This document shows, piece after piece, positions 1 through 11,203 of a stretch of DNA of 64,000 nt. A program made the position numbers and the translations under genes. Source of the stretch: Scyliorhinus canicula (lineage: Eukaryota). The DNA lies in NCBI RefSeq assembly GCF_902713615.1, contig NC_052147.1:201903140-201967139 (forward strand), read 5' to 3'. How positions within the stretch are numbered: position 1 is the first letter of the stretch; each line of letters opens with the position of its first letter. The notes beneath the pieces were generated by a model. It was not told the DNA's origin. It did no database searches and was given only the letters and a program-made list of their open reading frames with translations.

Positions 1-182
1 TTGTTGAGACGCCATCACAATAATTATTCCACAACTCTGTTTATGATCAAGGTCCGTCGAGAAGCTGCAAATGAAATCAGTGATTTTTTAAAAAATCTCT
101 CAAACCGCCAGAAAATAAGTGGACTTTACAGAAGTTTTCTGAAAATTGGCTGGATTCAAAAACATTTAGAGACCATTATCTA

Positions 183-474
183 AATAAATAAATAAATTAT
201 CTTTATGCGTGTCACAAGTAGTGAAGTTACTGTGAAAAGCCCCTAGTCACCACATTCCGGCGCCTGCTTGGTACACTGAGGGAGAATTCAGAATGTCCAA
301 TTCACCTAACCAGCACGTCTTTCGATACTTGTGGGATGAAACCGGAGATCCCAAAGGAAACCCACGCAGACATGGGGAGAACATGCAGACTCCACATAGA
401 CAGTGACCCAAGCCATAAATCGAACTTGGGTCCTTGGTGCTGTGAAGCAACAGTGCTAACCACTGTGCTACCAT
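183..474 (-). mobile_element. tRNA-derived SINE, type B (HE1-like head/core with a cttttcacagtaacttc...gtgaca tail)
   Basis: Minus strand has A box (ggtagcacagtgg) and B-box-like agttcgattta, core gggtttcctttgggatctccggtttcatcccaca. Tail is shared with the copies at 33555, 55130 and 21745. Confidence 0.85.
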
Positions 475-700
475 CTACAAGCTCGCAGCAGAATTTCTTT
501 GTTTCTTTGTAGGCTTTTTCTGCACACTGCCCGGTTATTTGTTATATTTTCCTGAAGTGCATCCATCATTTATTTGTGAATTTCCTCTACACCACCTTGA
601 TAAATTAAGAAATTATTTATTTGCTATATTTCTGGTACAAGAAATAAATTTCTGTGAGGTCAGCTGCAGAATGTATAAAGCTATTATATATTGGTACTAT

Positions 701-950
701 GATGTGGAGATGCCGGCGTTGGGAATGGGGTGATCACAGTAAGAAGTCTTACAACACCAGGTTAAAGTCCAACAGGTTTGTTTCGAATCACTAGCTTTCA
801 GAGCACAGCTCCTTCCTCAGGTGAATGAAGAGGTGGGTTCCAGAAACATATATATGCAGACAAAGTCAATGATGCAACATGATACTTTGAATGCGAGGCT
901 TTGCAGGTAATTTAGTCTTTACAGGTCCAGGAGCAACTGGAGAGAGTTAT
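701..950 (-). mobile_element. Penelope-like element terminal (pseudo-LTR) fragment
   Basis: Close second copy at 35039-35160; contains a minimal hammerhead motif. Family assignment is from recall. Confidence 0.7.
788..824 (-). ncRNA. Minimal type I hammerhead ribozyme motif
   Basis: Minus strand reads UCAC-CUGAGGA-A-GGAGC-UGU-GCUCU-GAAA-GC-UA-GUGA: stem I UCAC/GUGA, core CUGANGA and GAAA, stem II GGAGC/GCUCU, palindromic AGCU in place of stem III, NUH site CUA. Confidence 0.75.
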
Positions 951-1129
951 ATTGGGAATAGAATATATTAGTACTTGTTTTGAAAGACTACGCTGTCAGT
1001 AATCATGCTGAGGTAGATCTGAGCTAAACAACCATAGCATCTAAATTGTGTTTCATGGAATAAGAAATTGACCAAAACTAGTACCATTATACCACGAGAT
1101 GGAGGAGAGGACTATAATAGAAAATTGAA

Positions 1130-1410
1130 GACAATAAACTTTAGAATGCATGAGTAATTGGCAAATAAACTTCAATGTGGATAAATGTGTGTCAAACATT
1201 TTGGTGGGAAGAATAAACAGGCTACATGCAACTTGGAAAACAAATACCTAAATGGAGCAAATGAGCAGAGGGATCTGGGAGTACAAGTACACAAATCTTT
1301 GAAAGTGGCTATGCAGGTTGATAAAGTTCCTTTGTTTAAAAAAACAAAGCACAGCGATTCCATTTTTAGAGGGATAGATTGAAGGTTAGGGAGGTGATAT
1401 TAAACTTTCT
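1130..1410 (+). mobile_element. Old CR1 LINE ORF2 fragment
   Basis: Translates to KHFGGKN...QRDLGVQVHKSLKVAMQVDK, a CR1 post-RT motif. Confidence 0.85.
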
Positions 1411-1412
1411 CC

Positions 1413-1930
1413 TGTTACAATCAGGCGAAGAGGAGTCGAATGGCTCCCTTCTTTTCCCATTTCTTGTTTGACCGCAACAGATTGAAAAAGAGATCTGCTT
1501 GCAAATTAAATGAGTGTTTGACTGTTTGCGTGCTGAGACTATAAAAGTCACAAACCGGTTTTCTTGAGTTTTAGAAAAAAGAGGGAATCCTATGTATTGG
1601 CTGAGATTCTCTGGCCTCCAAGCAACATGTTTCGCAGTGGTGGGAGGAAGCCTGCCGTTGGCAAGCGGTGGAATCCCACCACTGTCAATGGGATTTCCTA
1701 TAGAATCCACCCACGCTGCCAGGAAACCCGCTGCGAAGGCGGACAGTCGGCAGGACCGGAAGATCCAGCTGGTGTGAACTGCTGTAAGATCGCGCCCATT
1801 GTATTTGAGCCAGTCCAAGTAAAATGATAATGCTCTAGCTTTCACACACAAACAAACCGATTACAGAGTGGGAGGCTCGATTAAGCAACTTAAAGTTCAG
1901 TCGAGTTAAAGGATATATGACTCTTGAAGG
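1413..1930. mobile_element. Possible degraded LTR fragment, interrupted by a MITE
   Basis: Begins TGTTACA and resembles shark Gypsy-type LTR ends from recall. No clear far end or TSD. Confidence 0.3.
1599..1797. mobile_element. MITE, PIF/Harbinger-like
   Basis: Imperfect TIRs ggctgagattct / aagatcgcgccc, with ATT on both flanks (1596-1598 and 1798-1800). Confidence 0.6.
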
Positions 1931-2204
1931 TTGGTTGAGGCCTGAACAATTGCTGTGCAGAGATACTGTAGTGTGGTTTTAGAATGAACCTCCAACATGA
2001 GTGATGATTATCCATCTTGTGGTTCCATGCCAGACTGCAGGCATGCTGCCACGAGTGCACTGAGGATTGCAGTGCTGCTCCTGCTCTTGAAGGCTGCTGT
2101 GGAATGTCGGCAAGATTCTTGAAGCTGCACCATCTCTACTTATCCCATAACAGAAAGGCCACATGCTCCCGAGGCTGCCACACATTCCAAGCGTGAGGAC
2201 AGCA

Positions 2205-2431
2205 TTTTTTTTTTAAACTTAGAGTACTCAATTCTTTCCTTCCAATTAAGGGACAACTTAGCGTGGCCAATCCACCTACCCTGCACATCTTTTTGGGTTG
2301 TGGGGTGAGGCCCACGCAGACACAGGGGAAATGTGCAAACTCCATACAGACAGTGACCCTGGGCCGGGATCGAACCTGGGTCCTCGGTGCCGTGAGGCAG
2401 CAGTGCTAACCACTGTGCCACCGTTCTGCCC
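2205..2431 (-). mobile_element. SINE type D (HE1-like head/core with A-rich poly(A) tail)
   Basis: Pol III boxes; tail cccttaattggaagg...ctaagtttaaaaaaa; imperfect TSD tgaggacagca / tgaggacgtca. Confidence 0.9.
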
Positions 2432-2686
2432 TGATTGAGGACGTCATGATGTGAGTGTGAAATTACTGATTCTGAGATTGATTTGATGAATTAAAGGTGG
2501 TAAGGTGGACCCAGCATGGTTGGCATTGGTGAACAAGGCTCTGATGAGCTATTCTTCACCATCCTCCTGGTGACTGTAAGCATCTCGTGCACACCTGCCC
2601 ATGCTATGGCCTCTTCCTGTGGAGCCTCCACTTCCTCATGCTCACTGAGCTCATCCCTCTCGACGTCCACATCATTGGCGGAGGGA

Positions 2687-3415
2687 GAACATAGAACAGT
2701 ACAGGCCCTTCAGCCCACGATGTTGTGCCGACCATTTATCCTAATCAAAGATCAACCTAACCTTCACCCCTTCAATTTACTGCTGTCCATGTGCCTGTCT
2801 AAGAATCGCTTAAATGTCTCCAATGACTCTGACTCCACCACCTCTGCTGGAAGTGCATTCCACACACCCACCACTCTCTGTGTAAAGAACCTACCTCTGA
2901 CATCTCCCCATACCTTACTCCAATCACCTTCAAATTATGTCCCCTCATGACAGCCATTTCCACCCTGGGGAAAAGTCTCTGGCTATCCACTCTATCCATG
3001 CCTCTCATCACATTGTACACCTCTATCAAGTCACCTCTCTGCCTTCTTCGCGCCAGTGAGAAAAGCTCCCTCAACCTTTTTTCATAAGACATGCCCTCCA
3101 GTCCAGGCAGCATCCTGGTAAATCTCCTCTGTACCCTCTCCAAAGTATCCACATCCTTCCTATAATGAGACGACCAGAACTGGACACAATATTCCAAGTG
3201 TGGTCGAACCAAGGTTTTAAAAAGCTGCAGAAAAACCTCGCTGCTCTTAAACTCAATCCCCCTGTTAATGAAAACCAACATACCATACGCCTTCTTAACA
3301 ACCCTATCAACCTGGGTGGCAACTTTAAAGGATCTATGTACGTGGACCGCAATACCCCTCTGTTCCTCCACACTTCCAAGGATCCTGCCTTTAACCCTGT
3401 ATTCAGCATTCAAAT
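2687..3415 (-). mobile_element. CR1 (HER1-like) LINE 3' end
   Basis: ORF 2799-3413 has LVRPHLEYCVQFWS...RGDLIEVY; 3' UTR ends in (tgttcta)-type repeats. Confidence 0.95.
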
Positions 3416-3426
3416 TCGAGGGCAGA

Positions 3427-3767
3427 TCATAGAATTGATAGAATGTACAGTGCAGAAGGAGGCCACTCGGCCCATCGAGTCTGCACCGGCTCTTGGAAAG
3501 AGCACCCCACCCGAGGTCAACACCTCCACCCTATCCCCATAACCCAGTAACCCCACCCAACACTAAGGGCAATTTTGGACACTAAGGGAAATTTATCATG
3601 GCCAATCCACCTAACCTGCACATCTTTGGACTGTGGGAGGAAACCGGAGCACCCGGAGGAAACCCACGCACACACGGAGACTCCGCACAGACAGTGACCC
3701 AAGCCGGAATCGAACTTGGGACCCTGGAGCTGTGAAGCAATTGTGCAATCCACAATGCTACCGTGCT
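3427..3767 (-). mobile_element. SINE type A (HE1-like: tRNA head, core, CR1-type tail)
   Basis: A/B boxes; tail gatgggccgagtggcctccttctgcactgta...ttctatg resembles the CR1 3' ends in this window. Confidence 0.9.
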
Positions 3768-4732
3768 CAATGTGGGCTCTTCCATCTCTTGTCCTATTAA
3801 ATCATCCCCTCCTTTGGAGCCAGTTTGTGTCGATCGTAGCAAGCCACAATGAGGCAGGAGACTCACTTGGGAGAGTACTGGAGAGCACCACCTGACCTGG
3901 TAAGGCATCAAAAATGCATCTTCAAGATGTCAATAGGCATGTTGCAGATGAGCTGCATTATCCCTCGCCTCTGAGGTACTTTGTGGCTGCCAAATGGGCG
4001 TCATTGGCCACATGTTTTGTTGGTCGCCTTTGTCTCCAAGGAGCCAAACATGGGTGTGCTGAGGGCCCTCAAAGATCTGTGGCACCTTTGACTGATGCGA
4101 GATGTACATGGTGTGTGAGCTTCCAAGTTATCTCACTCATATCAGCATTATTTACCTCCGGTGGTTTCAGACCAGCTGCACATCCGAGTGGAACCTTTTC
4201 CTGCTGATAAATTAAGTGGCTTCTGTCAAAAGTTCTTAAAGCCACATGAGTGCAGTCAATGCTACTGTGCACTTGTTGGAATCCTGGGATTCCTACAGTG
4301 GCAGCCTAGCTGGTTTCATTTCTGGAGCAACGGGCATAATAGTGCCACTTGCTAAATAGGGCACCCATAATCTCGCTGATGCCTTTGTTCTTGGGAAATT
4401 CCTCCTGTGGTCCCCAGTGGGGCCATAGAATGAGCCACTTGCAAAGAGGTTCAGAGCAGCTGTCACTTTTTGAGCCACTGGCAATAGATGACCTCTAGTC
4501 CCTGCAGCACCAACTCTCCCAGAAAATGTGGCAGATGTGAACCACCATATTCCTCAGATGACCCACAAGTTCACTGTTTGACATGAGCCCAGAGAGCGCT
4601 CAGATATCAAATTTTATTATATGTTCTCAGTTGCATCATTGGATCAGCTTGCCCCCCACGCATCCCCGATTGTCAAAATCCCTCCCACTGTGTTGGAAGA
4701 GCATCATGTGCCGGTTTCTCTCCTTGATCCCA

Positions 4733-6650
4733 TCATAATGCATAATAAGGGACAAAGAAATGGCTGAGCAATTGAATACATACGTTGGTTCTGCCTTCAC
4801 AAAAGAGGATACAAATCAGATCCCAGAAATGCTGGAAAATGAAAGGTTTGTTGAGAGGGAAGAACTGAGGGAAATTAACATTAGTAGAGAAATTGTGCTG
4901 GGAAAATTGATGAGATTGAAGGTGGATAAATCCCCACAGACTGTTAATCTGCATCCCACAGTGCTTAAAGAGGTGGCTCTGGAAATGGTGGATGCATTGG
5001 TGGTCATCTTCCCGGATTCTGTAGACTCTGGAACTGTCCCTACAGATTGGAAGGTAGCTCACGTCACTCCGGTATTCAAAAAGGGAGGCAGAGAGAAAGC
5101 AGGGAATTATAGACCAGTAAACGATAGTGGGGGGAAAAGCTTGATAATGGATTCAAGGACTTTATCGCGGAACATTTAGAAAGTAGTGGCAGGATCTGTC
5201 AGAGTCAGCATGGATTTATGAAGAGAAAATCATGCTTGACAAATCTGTTGGAATTCTTTGACAAGGGGGAGCCTGTCGATGTGTTATATTTAGACTTTCA
5301 GAAGGTGTTTGACAAAGTCTCACGTAAGAGATTACTGCTTTAAATTAAAGCACAGGGAATGGAAGGAAATGTATTGAGGTGGATAGAAAACTGGTTGGCA
5401 GAGAGGAAAAAAAAGAGTAGGGTTAATGGGTCCTTTTCAAATTGGCAGGCAGTAACTAGTGGAGTACCACAGGTGCTGAAACCCCAGCTATTCACAATAT
5501 AATGAAAATGAAAATCGCTTATTGTCACGAGTAGGCTTCAAATGAAGTTACTGTGAAAAGTCCCTAGTCGCCACATTCCGGCGCCTGTTCAGGGAGGCTG
5601 TTACGGGAATCGAACCGTGCTGCTAGCTTGCTTTGGTCTGCCTTCAAAGCCAGCGATTAGCCCAGTGAGCTAAACATATATATTAATGATTTGGATGAGG
5701 GAACAAAATGTAACATCTCAAAGTTTGCAGATGAACCAAGTTAGGTGGGAGGGTGAATTGTGACAAAGTTGCAGGGATCCTACAGCAAGATCATGACAGG
5801 TTGGGCGAGTGGGCAAATCAATGGCAGATGCAGTATAATTTGGATAAAAGTGAGGTTATTCGCTTTGGAAGCAAAAACAGGAAGGCAGATGACTACCTGA
5901 ATGGTTATAATTTGGTAGAGGGGAGTGTGCAACGGGACCTGAGTGTCTTTGTGCACCAGTTTCTGAAGGTAAGCATGCAGGTGCAGCAGGCGGTAAAGAA
6001 GGCTAATGGTATGTTGGTCTTTATTGCGAGAGGCTTCGAGTATAGAAGCAGCGATATGTTGCTACAAATATACAGGGCCTTGGTGAGGCCACACCTGGAA
6101 TATTGTGTGCAGTTTTTTTCTCCTTTTCTGAGGAAGAATGTTCTTGCTCTTGAGGGAGTGCAGCGAAGGTTTACCAGACTGATTCAAGGGATGGCGGGAC
6201 TGTCATATGGGGAGAGATTGACTAGGTTGGGATTGTTCTCGCTGGAGTTCAGATGAATGAGGGGGGAACTCATAGAGACTTATAAAATTCTAACAGGACT
6301 AGACAGGGTAGATGCAGGGAAGAGGTTACCAATGATGGGTGTGTCCAGAACCAGGAACCACAGTCTGAGGATTCAGGGTAAACCATTTTGAACAGATATA
6401 AGGAGACATTTCTTTACATAAGAGTGGTGAGCCTGTGGAATTCATTACCACAGGAAGTAGTAGCTGCTAAAACTTTAAATATATTCAGAGTTGGCTAGAT
6501 ATAGCACTTGGGGAGAATGGGATCAAAGGCTATGGGGAGAAAACAGGATTAGGCTATTGAGTTGAATGATCAGCCATGATCGTGATGAATGGCGGAGCAG
6601 GATCGAAAGGCCAAAAAGCCTCCTCCTGCTCCTATCTTCTGTGTATGTAT
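4733..6650 (+). mobile_element. CR1 LINE, 5'-truncated, RT to 3' end, disabled
   Basis: WKVAHVTPVFKKGGREKAGNYRP, LDFQKVFDKV, SKFADE and RPHLEYCVQF motifs with frameshifts. Confidence 0.95.
5502..5675 (-). mobile_element. SINE type C (short; different tRNA head with the type-B tail), inserted in CR1
   Basis: Head gtttagctcactgggcta...ggttcgattcccgta; tail ends tgacaataagcg(attttc)n; ATATA on both sides. Confidence 0.9.
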
Positions 6651-6679
6651 TTTTGTATCTATGTATAATTGTTGTTGAT

Positions 6680-7220
6680 ATCCCTGTCCTCCCTGTTTGA
6701 TGCTGATGCCTGATGCTTCATGTGGACCTGCAATTGCAGATTTGCAGAAGGTGCAACAGCTCCCCTTTGCTCCTCCCTCCTCACCGTTCAAGGCCCCAAA
6801 TACTCCTTTCAGGCTAAGCAGCATTTCACTTGCATCTTATTCAATTTGGTCTATTGAATTTACTGCTCCCAATGCAATCTCCTCTACATTGGGGAGACTA
6901 AACGCAGACTGGTGACCGCTTTGTGCAATACCTCACAGTCTAGAAACATGACCTTGGTCTTCCTGTTACTGACTCCCTCAACTCAGCACCTTGCTCTCAT
7001 GCCCACATGTCCATTCTTGGTGTGCTGCAATGAAATCCAACACAAACTAGAGGATCAGCACCTCGTTTTCCGACGAGCCCTCAGGGCACAGCATTAAGTT
7101 GAACAACTTTAGTTCAACCATTCTCCTCCATCTTAAACCCTTTGTATAACTAGCCCACACATTTATTGTTATCTGTTTTCTCTCCCTACATATGCTGCCA
7201 GACCTGTTGAGTTTTTCTTG
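6680..7220 (+). mobile_element. Penelope-like element 3' part (GIY-YIG endonuclease remnant)
   Basis: Translation QHFTCILFNLVY*IYCSQCNLLYIGETKRRL; terminal atgctgccagacctgttgagt matches the 10.57 kb copy in reverse. Confidence 0.85.
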
Positions 7221-7279
7221 TTTCGGACTGTTTGCAAACAAGGTGTCACATTTTATACCAAGGTGAGCTTCCAAACACA

Positions 7280-7600
7280 CATCCGTGTCACCTATTCCCA
7301 CCTTCGAACCATGGCTCCCACCTGTCCTCCCTCAGCTCCCCGGCTGCTGAAACCTTCAACCATGTCATTGTTACCTCTACACTTGACTATTCCAATGCAC
7401 TTCTGGCTGGCCATGTTCTTAGCTCTTGCCAAGTTCCATTTACTCATCACCCCTTTGTTGGTCTGCCGACACTGGAGCCTGGTTAAGCAGTGCCTCAACT
7501 TTAAAATTCTGTTTCTTGTTCATTATTCTCTTCGTGGTCTCGCTTCTCCCTCTCTCTGTAATTTCCACTTCCAGCCCTCCCATGATATTTGCATTCATCT
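7280..7600 (+). mobile_element. L2 LINE ORF2 C-terminal fragment
   Basis: AAETFNHVIVTSTLDYSNALLAG, matching the L2 motif HAFVTSRLDYCNALL. Confidence 0.8.
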
Positions 7601-7635
7601 AAACCTGGCCGTTTTATTTAAATTGTTCCACCTTA

Positions 7636-8988
7636 GGGAGGAACTGAAAGAAATCAGCAATAGTAGAGAAATGGAGTTGGGGAAATTGATGGGATTGAAG
7701 GCTGAGAAATAGTGGATGTATTGGTGGTCATCTTCCAAGATTCTATGGACTCTGGAACAGTTCCTACAGATTGGAGGGCAGCTAATGTAACCCCACTATT
7801 TAAAAAGGAAAGTAGAGAGAAAAACAAAATTATAGACCAGTCAGCCTGACATTGGTAGTGGGAAAAATTCTATAGTCCTTATAAAAGATTTTATATCAGG
7901 ATACTTGGAAATCAGTGGCAGAGTCGGACAGAGTCAGCATGGATTTATGAAAGGGAAATCATGCTTGACGAACCTACTGGAATTCTTTTTGAGGAATTCT
8001 TCTGAGGATGTGACTAGTAGAGTTGACGAGGGGGAGCTAATGAATGTGGTTTATTTGGACTTTCAGAAGGCTTGCAACAAAGCCCCACATAAGAGATTAG
8101 TGGATAAAATTCAAGAGTATGAGATTAGAGGTAGTGTACTGAGACGGATAGGAAACTGGCTGGCAGCAAGGAAACTAAGAGTAGGGATAAACAGGTCTTT
8201 TTCCGAATGGCCGGCGGTGACTCGTGGGGTACCACAGGGATCAGTGCCGGAACTCCAGTTATTGACAATATATATTGATGATTTAGATGAGGGAACTAAA
8301 TGTACTATCTCCAATTTTGCAGATGGCACAAAGCTGGGTTGGAGAGTGAGCTGTGAGGAGGATGCAGAGATGATTCAGTTTGATTTAAAAAGCTGTATGA
8401 GTGGGCAAATGCATGGCAGATGCAGTATAATGTGGATAAATGTTAGTTATCCTTGTACACCAGTCACTGAAAGTAAGCATGTAGGTGCAGCAGGCGATGA
8501 AGAAGGCAAATGGTATATTGGCCTTCATAGCGATAGGATTCGAATCCAGGAGCAGGTATATCTTGATGCAATTATACAGGGCCTTGGTGAGACCACATCT
8601 TGAGTATTGTGTGCAGTTTTGGTGGTCTTATTTGAGGAAGAATGCATTTGCTATAAAGGGAGTGCAACAAGGGTTTACTGGACTGATTTCTGGGATGGTG
8701 GGACAGATGTATGTGGAGATATTGTGTTAGTTAGGATTATATTTTCTGAAGTTCAGGAGAATGAGGGGGAATCTCAAGGAAGCCTATAAAATTCTAACAG
8801 GATTGAACAGAGTGGGTGCGGAAAGGATGTTCCCAATGGTGAGGGAGTCCAGAACCAGAGGTCACAGTGTGAGAATATGAGGTAGACCATTTAGGACTGA
8901 GATGAAGAGAAAATCCTTCACCCAGATATTGGTGGGTCTGTGGAATTCGCTACCACAAAGTAGTTGAGGCAAAAGTATTATGGGCGGT

Positions 8989-9022
<34 letters not shown>

Positions 9023-9600
9023 CCTGGTGGGAGAATCGCTGGGGCGCCGCGCAAATTGTGCCACGCTGCCCCAACACCCGCACGCAATTCTCCCCCCCCC
9101 CCCCCCCCCCCCCAAACCGTGAGGTAACCGCGCATGCGCTAGTTGGCGTCGGCCCAACTGCGCATGCATGGGACCCAAGGTGCGCGGCTTTTACGCAGCG
9201 CCGGGTCTCTGACGCCACGCCGAGGCCCGGCCTGTCCCCGTAAACCACGCGATGCCCCTGCCAGCCCCACGGAGGGGGGAGAATAGGGGTCTGGGAACGG
9301 GCGCCGACGCCAGAGTAAAACATTCCAGTTTGTACTCCAGCGTCGGCACTTAGACTCCCGTTGGGAAAATCCCGCCCTATATGTTTTCAAGAAGGAGTTC
9401 GATATGGCTCTTTGGGTGTTGGGTGAAAGGGATCAAAGGATCTGGGGGGGGGGGGGGGGGGGGGGGGGGGAGTGTGGCCGGTGGGAAGAGGTGGGAACAG
9501 GCTATTGAGTTGAATGATCAACCATGATCATCATAAATGGTGGAGCAGGCTTGAAGGGGCAAATGGCCTACTCTGCTCCTATTTTCTGTGTTTCTATGTT
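7636..9600 (+). mobile_element. CR1 LINE, 5'-truncated, disabled
   Basis: ORF 7905-8603 has QHGFMKGKSCLTNL, GVPQGSV and FADGTKL; CR1 3' UTR present. Confidence 0.95.
8982..9377. mobile_element. GC-rich MITE, PIF/Harbinger-like, inserted in CR1
   Basis: Termini GGGCGG / CCGCCC, 3-bp TSD TAT (8979-8981 and 9378-9380). Removing it restores the CR1 sequence. Confidence 0.85.
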
Positions 9601-10312
9601 TTATTGCATTGAAGATACTGCATAAAATACACATTGAGGTCATTGTTGGAGTGTGGAACATGCCACCACAGGGAGTGGCTTAAAAGACTAGTATAGATAT
9701 ATTTAAGGGGAGGCTCTATAAACATGGGACAAAGGAATAGAAAGATATTTGTGAGAAGTTTGTGTGGAAACTTGTGTGGAGCATAAGCACCAATTAAGTA
9801 CAAATCTGCCCCTATTCCAGATCCTCCAGCCTGAGTGGTTGATGGTACCAGTCGCCACAATAAGATCCTTCTCGCACAGGTTAATTAGTAAAGGATCCTC
9901 CCAGTTGAATTCAGCTGAGTGGTCTACGAAGTTTGCAATGCCATTAAATCTAACCAAAGACTTAAATCCAATAATATGTGACTAATAGTTTGAATCTATA
10001 CACACCATTTAAACTGAAGGTTATAACTTGTGAAATACTGCTGTACTTCCTACTTGGGTGATGTCCAACAGGCTGAATGAGTTATATGTACGACTCACTG
10101 ACAAATTATAATCCAGTGTGACATGGATGTACATCGCACTTGAACTCTTACCTAGTTTGAGTTTTGCACTTTATTTAATTGTGCAAATCCTTACATGATC
10201 CTCTTCAAGTTTGGATGCTTGAGAATAAAATTGAAATCACAAATAAACACACATGCCTAAGAAAATAGAAGTGTATATTGGGATAACAGGTTAATACTCG
10301 AAAATCATAGAA

Positions 10313-10485
10313 ATATTAATAATCACTTATTGTCACAAGTAGGCCTCAATGAAGTTACTGTGAAAAGCCCCTAGTCACCACATTCCGGCACTTGTTTGGG
10401 GAGGCTGGTACAGCAATTGAACCTGCGCTGCTGGCATTTTTCTGCATTGCAAGCCAGCTATTTAGCTCTCTGTGCTAAACCAGCC
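10313..10485 (-). mobile_element. SINE type C
   Basis: Similar to the copies at 5502-5675 and 20557-20736. Confidence 0.85.
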
Positions 10486-10539
10486 TAACAAGTCAACATT
10501 TGAAAAGAGAAAGCTTGTTTATTATTTCAGGCCAGACTG

Positions 10540-10655
10540 TTCATCTGAAGCAAAATGTTGCTTTATCCTGGAGAAACTCAGCAGGTCAGGCAAGACCTGT
10601 GGGTGGGTGCAGGCAGCCAATGTTTCAGATCTTGAGACCTATCTTCAGGACTAAA
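10540..10655 (-). mobile_element. Penelope-like terminal fragment (second family)
   Basis: ctggagaaactcagcaggtcaggca is the reverse-complement homologue of the 7195-7220 terminus; it is adjacent to a hammerhead motif. Confidence 0.7.
10615..10652 (-). ncRNA. Minimal hammerhead ribozyme motif (diverged)
   Basis: Minus strand AGUC-CUGAAGA-U-AGGUC-UCAA-GAUCU-GAAA-CA-UU-GGCU. Stems I and II still pair, using G-U wobbles. Confidence 0.6.
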
Positions 10656-10827
10656 AGCTATTTCAAATAAATGGCATTTGAAAAGAAATCAAACAAAGGA
10701 AAGAAAAAATAACAGACAGAAAAAGAAATAAATGACTTGGGTGGAGAACAGGAGATGCTTAAAATGGCACAAGGGCTATTATTAGAAATCAATAATGAGA
10801 GAGATTAAAGACCCATCATACATTCAA

Positions 10828-11203
10828 AGGCTAGGATTTTATGTGACCCCCCTCCTTGGCTGGGATGGTAGGCGGGGTTGAAGCTGACCCAGGTAAAGTG
10901 CCTCCTAGGGTGCAGTTACCTTATGCCCATCGGAAGCCCACCCGAGGTATTCTTCTACACGCTACTCACTCTATGCCACTCTCACACTCGCCCAAGTGGC
11001 CACCCTCCCGGTCGGTGATGCTGTTGAGATAAGGCAGCTGTCGGTCATTTTATTGGCCACCAGCTCTAAGAGGGGAGATTTCCTCCCCAGTGGAGGCAGA
11101 AGGCTGGCCTCAAACCAATGGCTGTAAACTGGCTCCAAGGGGGGTGGGTGGGAGGAGGGTGGGGGGGGGGCTTGGCCACTACCCGTTTCATAAAATTCAG
11201 CCC
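10828..11203. mobile_element. MITE, PIF/Harbinger-like
   Basis: Imperfect TIRs aggctaggattttatg / cataaaattcagccc; GC-rich body in AT-rich flank. Confidence 0.7.

Larger units (their letters stand above)
2520..4590 (-). pseudogene. Decayed PIF/Harbinger (HARBI1-like) DDE transposase, split by CR1 and SINE insertions (pieces about 2520-2686 and 3769-4590)
   Basis: Minus-strand motifs in the expected order: PVAQKVTAALNLFASGSF, SIDCTHVALR, ILKMHF*CLTRSGGALQYSPK*VSCLIVAC, then acidic tail and LIRALF. Contains stops and frameshifts. Confidence 0.85.

Noticed and set aside
3769-4590. Possible domesticated HARBI1 host gene
   Set aside because: Multiple stops, frameshifts and TE insertions show a decayed transposon.
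8862-9390. Poly-Gly and poly-Pro ORFs
   Set aside because: Translations of C/G homopolymers in a MITE.
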